This document shows, in pieces, positions 32,740-44,881 of a stretch of 64,000 bases of DNA. Source of the stretch: Eledone cirrhosa (Eukaryota); contig OZ024740.1 in the NCBI GenBank assembly GCA_964016885.1, forward strand, positions 354,082,001-354,146,000, written 5' to 3'. The stretch's first letter is position 1. Each line of letters opens with the position of its first letter. Position numbers and translations under genes: made by a program. The notes below the pieces were generated by a model. The model did not search any database. It was not told the DNA's origin and saw only the letters and a program-made list of their open reading frames with translations.

Positions 32740-33345
32740 CTTGGTGCACCTTATGATGTTGTCTTAGTTGTAACTTAAATTGTTTTCATAACCTCTTGAT
32801 AATATTTTCTAATCTACCTGATCATGTGATGTACAATGGACTGTAAATACACCTCATACCACACCTGAACACCTGGTTTTATTATTTCTTCTTTTGATGA
32901 ACAATTGGAACTGAATATACCTTATATCACTCCTCATCACTTGTACCAGATACCTGTCCTGTTTTCATATATAATTGACAATGAATGAACTTTATGTTAC
33001 ACATCATTTATTATCTGAACTGCTTGTTCTCATGCTGCACAACTGATAATGGATGTACCTTACATTACATATCACTCCTTACATGAACTACTTGCTTTCA
33101 TGCTGCACAGCTAACACTTCATGTACCTTATGTCACACTTCAGTGATTATCTAATCTATCTGCTTTTTTGATGCACAACTATTGATGATGATGAACTGTC
33201 TAAATATTGTCACACCTCAATGGTTACCTGATTTACCAGCCCTTTTTATGCACAGTTGACTGTAAATATATTTCATGTCACACAGTGATTACCTGAATTA
33301 CCTCTCCATATGATGTACAACTGAAAACACACAAAATACCTCTGT
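32740..33345. repeat. Decayed tandem repeat, period ~68 bp, ~8 units
   Basis: Recurring (G/T)CACAACTGA..TACCTTATGTCACAC..TACCTG motifs near 32830, 32898, 32970, 33037, 33105, 33173, 33250, 33315. Confidence 0.6.
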
Positions 33346-33640
33346 AGTTACCTATCATTGTGATACCCTATGTCATCCTCCACATTGTAACCTAACAATT
33401 GCTTTGGCACACAAGCTATAGTGGACATATTCTAAATAACATATGTAATATCAGTGAATAACAGCTTCTAGATATTACCTCGCTGCAGACCAGCACTTGT
33501 TTCAAAGACTGAATATTTAGTTTGCACTTTCCAGAATTCTACCTGCTCAATACTTTATCATCTTTAAGACAATGTTTTATAGGGTAGACAAAAGAGTCTT
33601 ACCTATTTTCTGTTAACACAACTTTACCTGTGTATTTCAG

Positions 33641-36600
33641 TGACCTTCCAACCAGTAGAAGTCACGATATGAGTGGCAACAATGCTGGTATGCCATTTTC
33701 CTGGCATGATGATTACATGAACAGTCCATACCAATTTAGCACTAGCCCATCACTTAGTAATGAAATGGGAATTTCCTGCATCACAGGACCCCAGAACACT
33801 ATTACAACTTTTGGCTTAATTAATAAAAGTAAACCTGTTCTTGACAACTTTGTTGTTGATTTTGATCAAGATGGAAGTCCTTTTCCATTGCATATCCCAA
33901 AACTTGAAACTACTCCTAGTGAAGCAACAATACAAATTACAAAAGATCCCAAAACACAACAAATGGAAATTTTTATGAATTTAGCTCAAGAATCAAAATC
34001 CATTATTACAAGTCCAATTTCTACTAGTGGTGTTTCTTTACCTGATACAAAATCAATTTCTTGTGATGAAGTAGTTGACATGGACTTAATTAATAAAATT
34101 CACCATGAGGATTCTGTTCCTGATATATTTGTATCACATTATGTTTCAAAAGATAATCTTGACAATATACCTGAAGAAGAAAATGAGAATGATTTCCAAA
34201 ACTTCATGAGTACACCTACTATTGGACCTCAATGCACACTTCCACTTGGCACTACTCTATATAATAATGATCATCTTTCAGAACATGCTGATGCATCTCA
34301 ATTACAAGCTGTGGTTTGTGGAAATGATATTATTTATTTAGCAAACACTATTGAAGATGTTGAAGCTGGTTTAGCAAAGAGCAGTCCCCAATCTACTTCA
34401 ACCTTTGTGAAGACCTCATCAAATGCTAGTGGTTCATATAATTCAGTGATAGAAGGACTTAACAGCAACAAATTAATGCCAAGTTATTCAAAGGATATGC
34501 TGAGCTCAATATCTGGAAATTCTTCCCCGTCTGTTTCTCTTCCATATATTACTCTAAATGAAAGTATGCTGGCAAGTCTAAACTATGAATCAGATAGTCT
34601 AAGTGAAATTGAAACTAATGATAATCAGCAATATCAAATAGAAAATTTAGATTTTGAGACTGTTGATGAAACATCTCCAAACTGTAGAAGAAAGAAATCA
34701 AAGAGTGCTGGAAACTCTCCACAGTATGAATTGAATAAAATAAAAACCATGTGCAAAAATATTGCTAACAGTGCCCCAGAACTAAACAGTCAGTTTAGAA
34801 AAGAAGAGCTATTTAAATTCATAGGACTGATTTCCAAAACAGAAAATGCTAAAGAAAATAATAAAGAAAATCAAACCAAATCTGAAGATTTGAGTGTTTT
34901 TCCTAATATATTACAAAAAGACAACACAAAGGATGAAATTCTTAATGAGGATGAATATGAATATGATTCAAGTAGCAGTGCTGAAGATTCTACTACCTCT
35001 GAAGAATCAGAAAATATGAAATATCCATTAGGATATTGTAGTCGAAGTACATATAACCAGTCGCCCTCTATAAGTGATGATGATGATAACGTTATTTCTG
35101 TTTCAAGAGACAGAGGACGTTCTATGGTTCGACGCTGCTCCCAGATTTCTCAAAATAATCTCCAATTAGATGATTCGGATGATGCCGATGCAGATATTTC
35201 ACTAGATTCTGTAACACTAAAAGATATTACAATAAAACTTACTGAAAATGAAAATAATACATCTCCAGAATGTTCTCCACGTGGCATATGTAAATATCAA
35301 GATGATCAGATTCTAAAGTTTGTCAATGATATAATCACTGAATCAATAAAATTATCTGCAGAAGACCATGAATTACAGAATTTTTTGGACAGAATCACAA
35401 ATGAAAGTCCTTGTGATATTGATAAAATATTTACTGAATCAAAACAGATGTCTTCTGAAAATTATAAGCTGTCAAGCACTTTGGTTGAAAACCTTAAAGA
35501 AAAATGTAGCCCTACAAATGCTAAAGATTCAACAAAAACTTCTCCCAAAGATAGTGAAGTGTCAAATAATTCAAATGAAGATTTTAAAGAATATAGTGCT
35601 ACAATTATTAGTGAAGCATCAGAGAATTCAGTCAAAGATTTCAAAGAAAGTTCTATCCATGTTAATGAAGAAGTAAAAGTATCTACTGAGGAAATGCTAA
35701 TACTTAACTCTGGTTCTGATTTTGAACCTGTCTCCAAACAGTATGGCAATATTCCATCTGCTGTTGAAAATGAAGACAGTGAAATAGAGAATATATTTTT
35801 GGACTCAATTAGCAGTGAAATCAAAACCTTCATTGCAGAAAAGGGTGCAAATATTCCTAAAAACATTCCTGAAAATCAGGAAGATAGTAAAATGAATTCT
35901 GAATTCAAATTTGGTGCATTTTCTCAAAAGGGGTGGGACAGATTACCATATAATGCTACTGTGGCAGAAATGAAAGCCTTCAGGGAACATGCTGCATTTA
36001 ATGAATCTCTTAAGCGAACAGGGAGAGTAACACCAATTCCTCATCAGTTAGATACTGTTTTAGAAGAAGTTGTCACTGAAAACATATTTAATGCAGATGC
36101 CCCTAGAAAACCAAGACAACATTCACAAGAAATTGAACCAAATATAATTAAAGATTGTGCGCTTTTTGCTGATGCTTTTCTGGCAGATGACAACTATTTA
36201 ATACCTCAACAAACAGATGACATGAACAAACCAAAGGAATCTCCTGTCCGAACAATAACGAAACAAGATACAATTCAATCATCTGGACGACAATCTCCAC
36301 TCTGTCCCCAAAACAGTCCTGAATCTTCATCTCGAGCTTCCTCCCCTCATCTGCAATTTTTTTCCCCATCAAATTCAATGACAGAATCTTCATTTGAAGA
36401 AGAAGAAGAAGAAATCCAAGCAAATCGAGTTATCTTTTCTCCACTAAGTTCCCCTGTTAAAAGAATCGATGAAGATGTTGATAGTATGGGATTTCTGTTT
36501 CTGATTCCACAAAAAAAATATCCTAAAGCGAAAATAGCTGAAATTTCTGAAAACATTGACTCTAATCTTGAGGTTATTAAAGGTGTGCCAATTGATGAAA

Positions 36601-37721
36601 ATATATATAGTGCTTCTTCAACATTGCCTTCCTCACCATGTAGAGATTTCAGAAATGAAGCATCCCAGAATGTATCAACTAATGATACAGAAAGCCTAGA
36701 TGTCACACAGTCAGAAGTCCCTGAAAATGAAAGCCTAGGTGTCGCACTGTCAGAAGTCCCTGAAAATGAAAGCGTAGGTGTCACACTGTCAGAAGTCCTT
36801 GAAAATGAAAGTGATAATCAGGGTGTTTCTGAGATAGAACAGTATAAGTTTACTGAACATGACCTTAATCAAGGGTTGTCACCAAAAATGGAACATGCTT
36901 CGATAACAAAATGTGAAACTCACAATGATATGATCCAAACAAAAGAATATATAGCAACCCATGAAGATATCCAGGATATTACACAATCTGATCCATTACC
37001 ACCCACAGAAACTGAAAGCTGTGAAGCAGTCAATGCATCTAGTACCAATATATACAATCCAAATCAGAATGTAACAGAAAATAATCCACCTGAACAGAGA
37101 AAGTCTTCTTTAAAACATTGCCTAAGTGGAGAAGAATGCCTTGATAATAGCCTGTCTCAAACAGACCAACATATCATTCAAAGTGAAAATATTGAAAAAT
37201 TAGATAATGAGAGTAATCCACACAGTGATGGATCCAGTGATACATTGGTTGACATACCTCTAGGAGACAAATGTTGTTTAGACAACCAGCCTTTGAATCA
37301 GGAGACCTCAAAAGATGTAGAATCTGAGGTATTGGCAAGCACATACGAAGATGAACAGGTGACCTCTATTAATTCTGAAACTGGTGCCAATACAGAATTA
37401 ACAGACAATAGTGAAGTAAGTTCAGCATCATACTATTCACCAACTAGATCCAGTACTGACAGTGAAGATTCCTGGTTTGATAGTAAATCTTTAAGCTTAG
37501 ATTTTGAACTTAATAAAAACGATACAGGCTATGCTAAGATATTAGCTTCATATTATGCAGCTTCCAAGGAGGAGTGCAAAGATGGGTCACAAGATAATGA
37601 CACAGCAAGCACTACAGTATCAGCTCCTGGAAGTATAGGTGTAGAAGAATGTACTGAAGCCAATACAGATAAACCTCTATCAACTAATGCTAATGTGGCA
37701 GAGAAAGACACTGAATGTTGA
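33641..37721 (+). CDS. Large single exon encoding an uncharacterised acidic S/E/N/D-rich, probably disordered protein (~1350 aa)
   Basis: 4.1-kb stop-free frame in AT-rich DNA, free of repeats. tgtatttcAG acceptor at 33640; first ATG at 33669; AATAAA at ~37873 and ~37949. No family recognised. Confidence 0.85.
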
Positions 37722-38688
37722 ATCATAAAAAAGTTAGTTCAGTTTGGAAAGTCATTCTAAAGATCTGTCTTGATACATCTGGTGGATGATGTCTTACAAT
37801 GTTTGGAATAGACCACATAACTAAACTTTCACTTATCTATTTTGCCAGGTTATTCTGTTAATATGAATAACCAATAAACAAGCAATCATTAAATGTTCTA
37901 ACTGCAATTATGTGGTTGTTACTGATAACTCTAACAATTTTCCAAAAGAATAAACGTTAATAACAATTATAATAATTTGTTACATAAGCATAATGTTATA
38001 AAAGAAATAATGTTATTTCATTAAATATATCACCCTCATTTTTTTTATTAGTATCCTCTTAGCATCACTACAGAAGTTTCCATCAAATTAAATGGGAATC
38101 ATTATCTTGTTTCTGTTGGTATTTCTGGCCTGTGTTCACAAGACTGTTGGTTTATTATTTATACTTATTTTGTGTGTATATATATATATTCAAATAGCTC
38201 TCTACTATACATAGATCACCCTTCTTCCTTTACCTTTTCTACGGAAATACTTAACATATATATACTTAACATATATATATATATGGAGGCACATGGCTTA
38301 GTGGTTAGAGTATTGGCCTTGCAATCGAAAGGTTGCGAGTTCAATTCTCAGACCGGGTGATGTGTTGTGTCCTTGAGCAAGGCACTTTATTTCACATTGC
38401 TCCAGTTTACTCAGCTGTAGATGATAGGGACTGGGGTCCATATCATTCCACTGCAAAGTGGTCGTGGAGGTGCCACGGCACCCAGCACTCACTGTAAATG
38501 AGGTTGGTGTTAGGAAGAGCATCCAGCTGTAGAAATCAAGCTAGAATCAGTTCCCGTCCCACCCTTGCAAGCAGAGAAAAGCAGACGTAAAATGAAAATG
38601 AATATATAAGTAGATTCCAGGTGATTGGGAGGTGACTACAAGAAGATACTCAATATGTTGGTAGAGTATAAGCATCTTTATTTTATAT

Positions 38689-39065
38689 AATAATAATAAT
38701 AAAATTATTGTGTAAAGTGCTCAGGTGCACTACAACTCGTCAAAGGTGCATGTATAGTACATAGAATAATATACAAATGTCAGGGAAGTGAATAGTGTAT
38801 GAGTCATGATATACATGTGTGTATGTGTATGGAGAGGGAACATTAGGTGTAGTGTTGGCAAGTCTCGGGAAGCATGGAGGTTTTAAAGGATGCAGTGTCT
38901 CGACAGCTAACAACTGATGCAGGTAGTTTGTTCCATGCTTCAAAAAGGTTTCCGAAAGTCATGAGATCTGTGCTGTTTTCTGACTTTGTGGGCATGCCCA
39001 CGTGGGTTAGACACATGGAAATCAAAAAGGTACTCAGGGTTGTTGTTGGCAAGATGGTTAATGAT
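38689..39065 (-). mobile_element. CR1-type LINE, short 3' fragment
   Basis: ..RGHAHKVRKQH..EAWNKLPASVVSCRDTASFKTSML, then 3' UTR and (ATT)n tail; same family as 52100-53535. Confidence 0.88.
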
Positions 39066-39667
39066 AGAAATGGATTGTACAGGACTAAAACTGTTTCATT
39101 CATATGATATCATATGGAATATCCTAATGACTTCACATGAATGAAAAAGTTCTAGTCTTGTAGAAGTAATTTCTATATAAAGTAAAGATATATATATATA
39201 ATTTATTTATTTATATATAGAAATTATATATCTATAGAAATTTCTACAAGACTAGAACTGTTTCATTTGTATGAAATCATCAGGTATATATATAATAAAC
39301 CAAAAGGCAGAGAGATGAGTGAATACTGTGTTGTATTGGAAGGTGATAAATCATTGTAATGAAACAAGTTGGAAAATGTGTGTGTGTGCATATATATATG
39401 CATGTGCGTGTATATATATGTGTGTGTGTATATTATATATATATACATATATATATCCATACATGATTATATATATAATTTTTTTCATAATCTTTTGAAA
39501 AATTATAATAAAACAATACCAAAACTGTTGTTGTGTAATGTTTCTTTACTGGAAAACAAAACTGGAGATTATTCCTATTATGAAAACTATTGATGACTTG
39601 TGTAAGCTATGTATTTATTTACAATGTTATAGTTGTTTGTTATATATATATATACAATTTCATTCAG

Positions 39668-39710
39668 ACCGAGCTGAAGATCCGCATAAGGCGAAACATT
39701 TGTTCTCGGT
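39668..39710 (+). ncRNA. Minimal type I hammerhead ribozyme motif
   Basis: Helix I ACCGAG/CTCGGT (6 bp perfect), CTGAAGA core, stem II T-CC-gcataa-GG-C, GAAA, helix III ACA-tt-TGT, NUH site GTT (cut predicted 3' of 39704). Confidence 0.7.
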
Positions 39711-41361
39711 ATGGTGCATTAACTGTTGTGAAACTACTTTTATATATATATATATATTATCGGTGCCAAATTGAGTAGTCAGGGCATTACAATAAATGCC
39801 TCTGTATTTGTTTGATCCTGTTCATTGTGCTGTCAATTCAAATGCAGCCAACTTACTAGTTATGCTTTTGATAATCAAGTGTCAATATAGGGTTGGTGGA
39901 CTGTGGAATTGTTAAAAAGTTAGATAGGATGCTTTGCAATATCTGATTTGATCTGACTATGTGAATTCTGAGTGCAAATCCTGCCTCTTTCGACCAGGAA
40001 TTATAACTGGCAGATAGTATCAGCATTGGAAAGGCCAATGGAAGCATTGTTTCCATGTTCTGATTTAACAACCAGCCCCTTTCCTTTTTTGTTTTATATA
40101 CATAGTCTGAGAGTAAAGATTGAAGACATCCTGTGTATGTATACACATACACTGCTGTTAAATGAGATGATTGCTACGATCATCTTTTTGAGGATGATAA
40201 AAAGAAGCAGCAGTTAAGTCCTGGTTTCAATTCTTCCTCTGTATCTTTTTCTTCCTTGCTCTCTCCCTCTCCTTTGCTCTCTCCCTCTCCTTTTCTGGAA
40301 GAAATCAGCTGTGTTTAGACTTGAACAAAGATGGGCTCCACCAGGTTTTAAATGCCCAAGACATGCTGTGCTGCTACAACTTATGAGTTATGGGTCCATA
40401 CATAAATAGTTTCCTCCGATATTTTTACTCTCATCATCTTTGTATTGATGCTAGCATGAAAGAGTTGGGTTTACAATTCAGCAGCTGTCCATGAATTTCA
40501 ATTTTGATGTTTGAAATGTAGTTGTTACAATGTAAATGACCATAATAATAGTAGAGAAAATCAAGTAAATACCCCTGGAGATGGAAAAAGTGGACAGAAC
40601 CACCATCTGTCCCTTTTTTTTTCTGTCTCCAGGGTCATTTACCCAAGTTTCTTAACTATTATTTACAGTGATCTACAATTATCAACAAACAATAATTGCA
40701 TTGGGATGACCATGTTTCAAATTGTTGAAATTTTATTTCTGTATATTCAGATGGATTTCTTAATGACAGCCAGGTAATATTCACACCTGACACCACTTCC
40801 AGTATTAATAAATTAATTTATATAATCATATATTGATAAAATTGGTGTTAATTCACTGTTTTGCATGTAACATTTGAAAATGAAATTTACTGCTCGCACC
40901 TACATTGGTTCAGCTGGCTTCCCATAGGAAGTTTCTTTGGTGTTTTAATGACAGGGGCCCTAGACAATGTGAAATGAAACATCTTACACAAGAACACAAC
41001 ACACTTCTAGGAATCAAACCCATAACCTTATGATCATGAGTCCAACATCCTAACCACTTGGCCATGTGTCTTCAGCATATTTCATTAGACTGGGGTTTTA
41101 AAACAGAACTTTCCAATTGTAAACACATGAAAATACTGTTATCATTTTTATCACATATATTTCAATGTTGAAACCAAATAAACTCTAAGTTTATCGGCTT
41201 CATAATTAATAGCAAAATCTTGTAAATCAACATACTTTCCAATGAAGAGATAAAAAAATATCAACAAACAATAATTTCTTTGTTTGAAATTTCTATATTT
41301 TGGCTGTGAAAGAAATATATAATCCAAAGAACAAGTCCATAATAGCTACTACTTTAAATAT

Positions 41362-41579
41362 TTATAGAGAAAATATGATTCTGCGTTTTCTTTGCTCAGT
41401 GAGGTAATCTTGTAGTTTTTCATATCCTGTTTCAGGTGGTGGGTAGTAGTGTTTTGGTGGGGACCCTTCTCTTAAGCGTACATAGAAATTGCAATATTTG
41501 TAGTGCACTGTGCCATATCGGGGGCCTTTGTGTTTCCGCAAACCTTTCACAACAACACCTTTTGAACTTAGTGCATCAG
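41362..41579 (-). CDS. MRPL22: Mitochondrial ribosomal protein L22, terminal coding exon
   Basis: tttaatttcAG acceptor, phase 1; ADALSSKGVVVKGLRKHKGPRYGTVHYKYCNFYVRLREGSPP..LQDYLTEQRKRRIIFSL-stop resembles the MRPL22 C-terminus. Confidence 0.9.
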
Positions 41580-43665
41580 CTGAAATTAAACAAAAATAAA
41601 CCAGTTACCAAAAATTATTTAAATATTATTTACATAGGCTTTCATCCTTACGGGATCAATGAAATAAAACACGTAATGTACTAGGGTTGATTTGTCTTTC
41701 CCCTCCCTAAAATTGTTGGCCTTGTGCCTAAATCAGAAACCACTTTACGTAGGCCCTCATCAATCAATTAATCGGGTTCCTGCATCTAGTGCAGTCTGTC
41801 ATTGGGGGCCATTCTAAACATTTGATTGTGTGTCCAAGATATTTCGGTAAGCCTTAGAAATGCTTGGCAGTGCCCATCTCCTCTCCAAGCATTCAGTCCC
41901 TTACTAAGTTAGCCTGCCAAAAGAAGCAGGTGAAAACTAGTGTACCTATCCATCCATGAGAATGCCACTGTCAGACATCAATTTTGAGATAATGTTTCTT
42001 TAAATTCTGGATAACGGTACATCCAGTATTACAAAAACATTTCTTCAAATGACTTCACTTTTATTTGAAATAACATTTCTTTAAATTATTTCACTCAACT
42101 TTCAAAGAGACGGTGGGTAACAATACATCCAATTTTGAAATAACAATTCTTCAAACCCTGGATAAGTAATACGCTTATATAAATTACTCAGTGAAATTTT
42201 TGTACTGAAAATATTGGTTTGATTTCAGCTATAGGATAACAGGTCAGTCATGTCCTAGAAAGCAAATTATTTACCCTTTATTCTATCTACTACATAAATA
42301 ATTCATGCTTAATTTCACTTGTTATGAAGCTGACACCCTTTTTCAATACTTTCATTATAAACAAAAAGAATTAAAGTGAAAACTCACAACTAATGGTAGA
42401 AAGATGAAGTTAATAGAGTACAAAATATATATTATTTTAGTAAATCTCAGAAATGTAACTAGATTTGGGTTTTACAAAATTTATGCTGATGTCCTCATTT
42501 TTTATATCTATTCATTTAGCAACAAGTATAGAATTAACAGTCATTAGAGCATCAAATAAAATGCCTTAGTATATATTCCAACTGTCTGTGCTTTGAGTTG
42601 AAATCCCACCGAAGCCAGCTTTGCCTATCATCTATTTGAGTTTAGGAGCAGTGGTTTGGCTGAATTCTTAAAGAGTCTGATGTGATGCTTTGTAGTATCT
42701 GATCTGGCTCTATGCATTCTGAATTCAAATCCTGCTTCTTTCTGCCAGGAGTTGCAATCAGAAGATAGTATCAAAAATGAAAAGGTCCTATCTAACAATT
42801 ATATTAATGTAGGAGAGACCAATCCTGATCCTAAAATAGATTCAGTAGGGATATTGCATACGCATGACACTAAAATATATAACAAAATGGTATTGCTTAT
42901 GTTTTGATTCTTTATAAATCATTGAAAACTCAGCTAAATGAAACAATGACAGTAATATAGGTGAGTAACTGCTTAATTTTCCAATTCTTATACAAAGAGA
43001 ATCAGTGTTATATTCATTCTGTTTTCAGTGAGATGTCCTGCTCAGCAATCAGTAATGATGATCATGGTAATGTCCGAGAACTTGAGCCAGAGGAAAAGCC
43101 ACATCAAAATTAATGTGAAATTGAAATTCCCAAAATATGTTCTCTATTAATCCCAAACTTCTCTTTACCACTCATCTCAATAACATTTGAACGCAAGTTA
43201 GTTTTCTTTCTTTGTCTTTTTCACGTGCAGACACAATATAAATATATTTAAATAACAAGCCAGTTTATAACAACAATGATTATTCAATCAATGAGATAAA
43301 GCTAAATACTAATCTGCTGTGGTAATTCCAGTAATCCTAGTGTCATTATGGAAGGAAGTTATTAGCAATGTCAGACAGTAGTAGACTATTGAATAAGTAG
43401 TATTGAGAGAGATAATATAAAGCAGTTTTTGCTGGTAATTTGTATTAGTGCCAACAGTTGTTATAGATGACAAACAATTGACTGAATAATACTTAGAGAA
43501 AGGGATGGTAGTAGAGTTGTTAAAATGCCATACAACAGATTCCCTTGACTGAGTTCAAATCATATCAAAAGAAGTGTTGTGTTTGGACAGTTTTTTTTTT
43601 TTTTTAAGCATATTTGTTATAACTATCTCTGAGAAGGAGCACAAGAATGATTTCTTGTTGCTGGA

Positions 43666-43796
43666 CAGACTGGTGTCCTGTCTTGGCTTAACACAAATGA
43701 AACTGGGATAAACTCTGGTCTGATGTGTAATCAGACTAACGTCCTGTCTTGGCTTAATATTAATGAAACTCAAATAAACTCTGGTCTGATGTGTAC
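43666..43796. repeat. 66-bp tandem duplication
   Basis: CAGACT..GTCCTGTCTTGGCTTAA..ATGAAACT..ATAAACTCTGGTCTGATGTGTA occurs twice. Confidence 0.85.
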
Positions 43797-44301
43797 AAGT
43801 CCAGCGGGTTGGATTTGCAAACTTCTCAGAGGATGAGATTAAATGTCTTGCAGTTTGTGTTCTGAGTTCAAATCCCATCGTCTCCTACCAGGACACGAAC
43901 TGGATGATAGATTTAATCCATTGCTCAGTTTAATACCAGTATCTGGCCCTTAGGTGCCTTTATCAGTCAGTTGCAAACATTTGGGGCAGACATTATCCCT
44001 CCCATTGCACACACACCTTATGAGTTTCTAAGATTTCCAAAGCATTCCATTCAATATACTTTTCTGTTATTGTTAACCAACATTTTTCATCGTTAGCGTA
44101 TTCATTATAGAATGGTTGTTGACTATCCCTACAGGTGGGTGTAAAATTAACAGAGTAATTGGAGCATAAAATTAAATACTTGGCAGTATTTGTTCCAACT
44201 TCCTACACTTCAAATCCGGCTGTTAACTTTGTCTTTCATCCTTACAGAGTCAATAGGATAAAGTACTGGTCCAGGGGGTTGGATTTGCAAACTTCTTAGA
44301 G

Positions 44302-44779
44302 CAGAGGTTCTCAAACTTTTTGGGCAACTGCCCCCCTCAAGGCCTTGTAATACCCTCAGCACCCCCCACCCCTATTTCAGGCTGTCCTGTTGTGGGCAGT
44401 GTCCAGTCGGCTGTCCTGTTGTGGGCAGTGTCCAGTCGGCTGACCTTGTCTTGCTCATGCGGGATGCCCTTCCTAACACCAACGTCATTTACAGTGAGTG
44501 CTGGGTGCTTTTTTGCCATGGCACCTCTACATCCACTTTACAGTGTGGGCTGGGTTCTTTTTTGCCGTGGCACCTCCACAATCACTTTGCATCTCATTTC
44601 TACAGCTGAGTAAACTGGAGCAATGTGAAATAAAGTGTCTTGCTCAAGGAAACAACATATCACCCGGTCCGAGAAGTGAACTCAACCGTTCGATTGCAAG
44701 CCCAATGCTCTAACCACTAAGCCATGTGCCTTATATATATGTATGATTTGATATTTAATATAGTATTATATCATCTCTA

Positions 44780-44810
<31 letters not shown>

Positions 44811-44881
44811 CACGCACACACACTGCCCCCTTAGTCTCCAGCACCCCCCTGGACATTCTCAATGCCCCCTTTGAGAACCTG
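44302..44881. mobile_element. hAT-type MITE with 8-bp TSD and a nested family A SINE
   Basis: TCTTAGAG at 44294-44301 and 44882-44889; ends CAGAGGTTCTCAAA ... TTTGAGAACCTG; SINE inside at 44380-44730(-). Confidence 0.8.
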
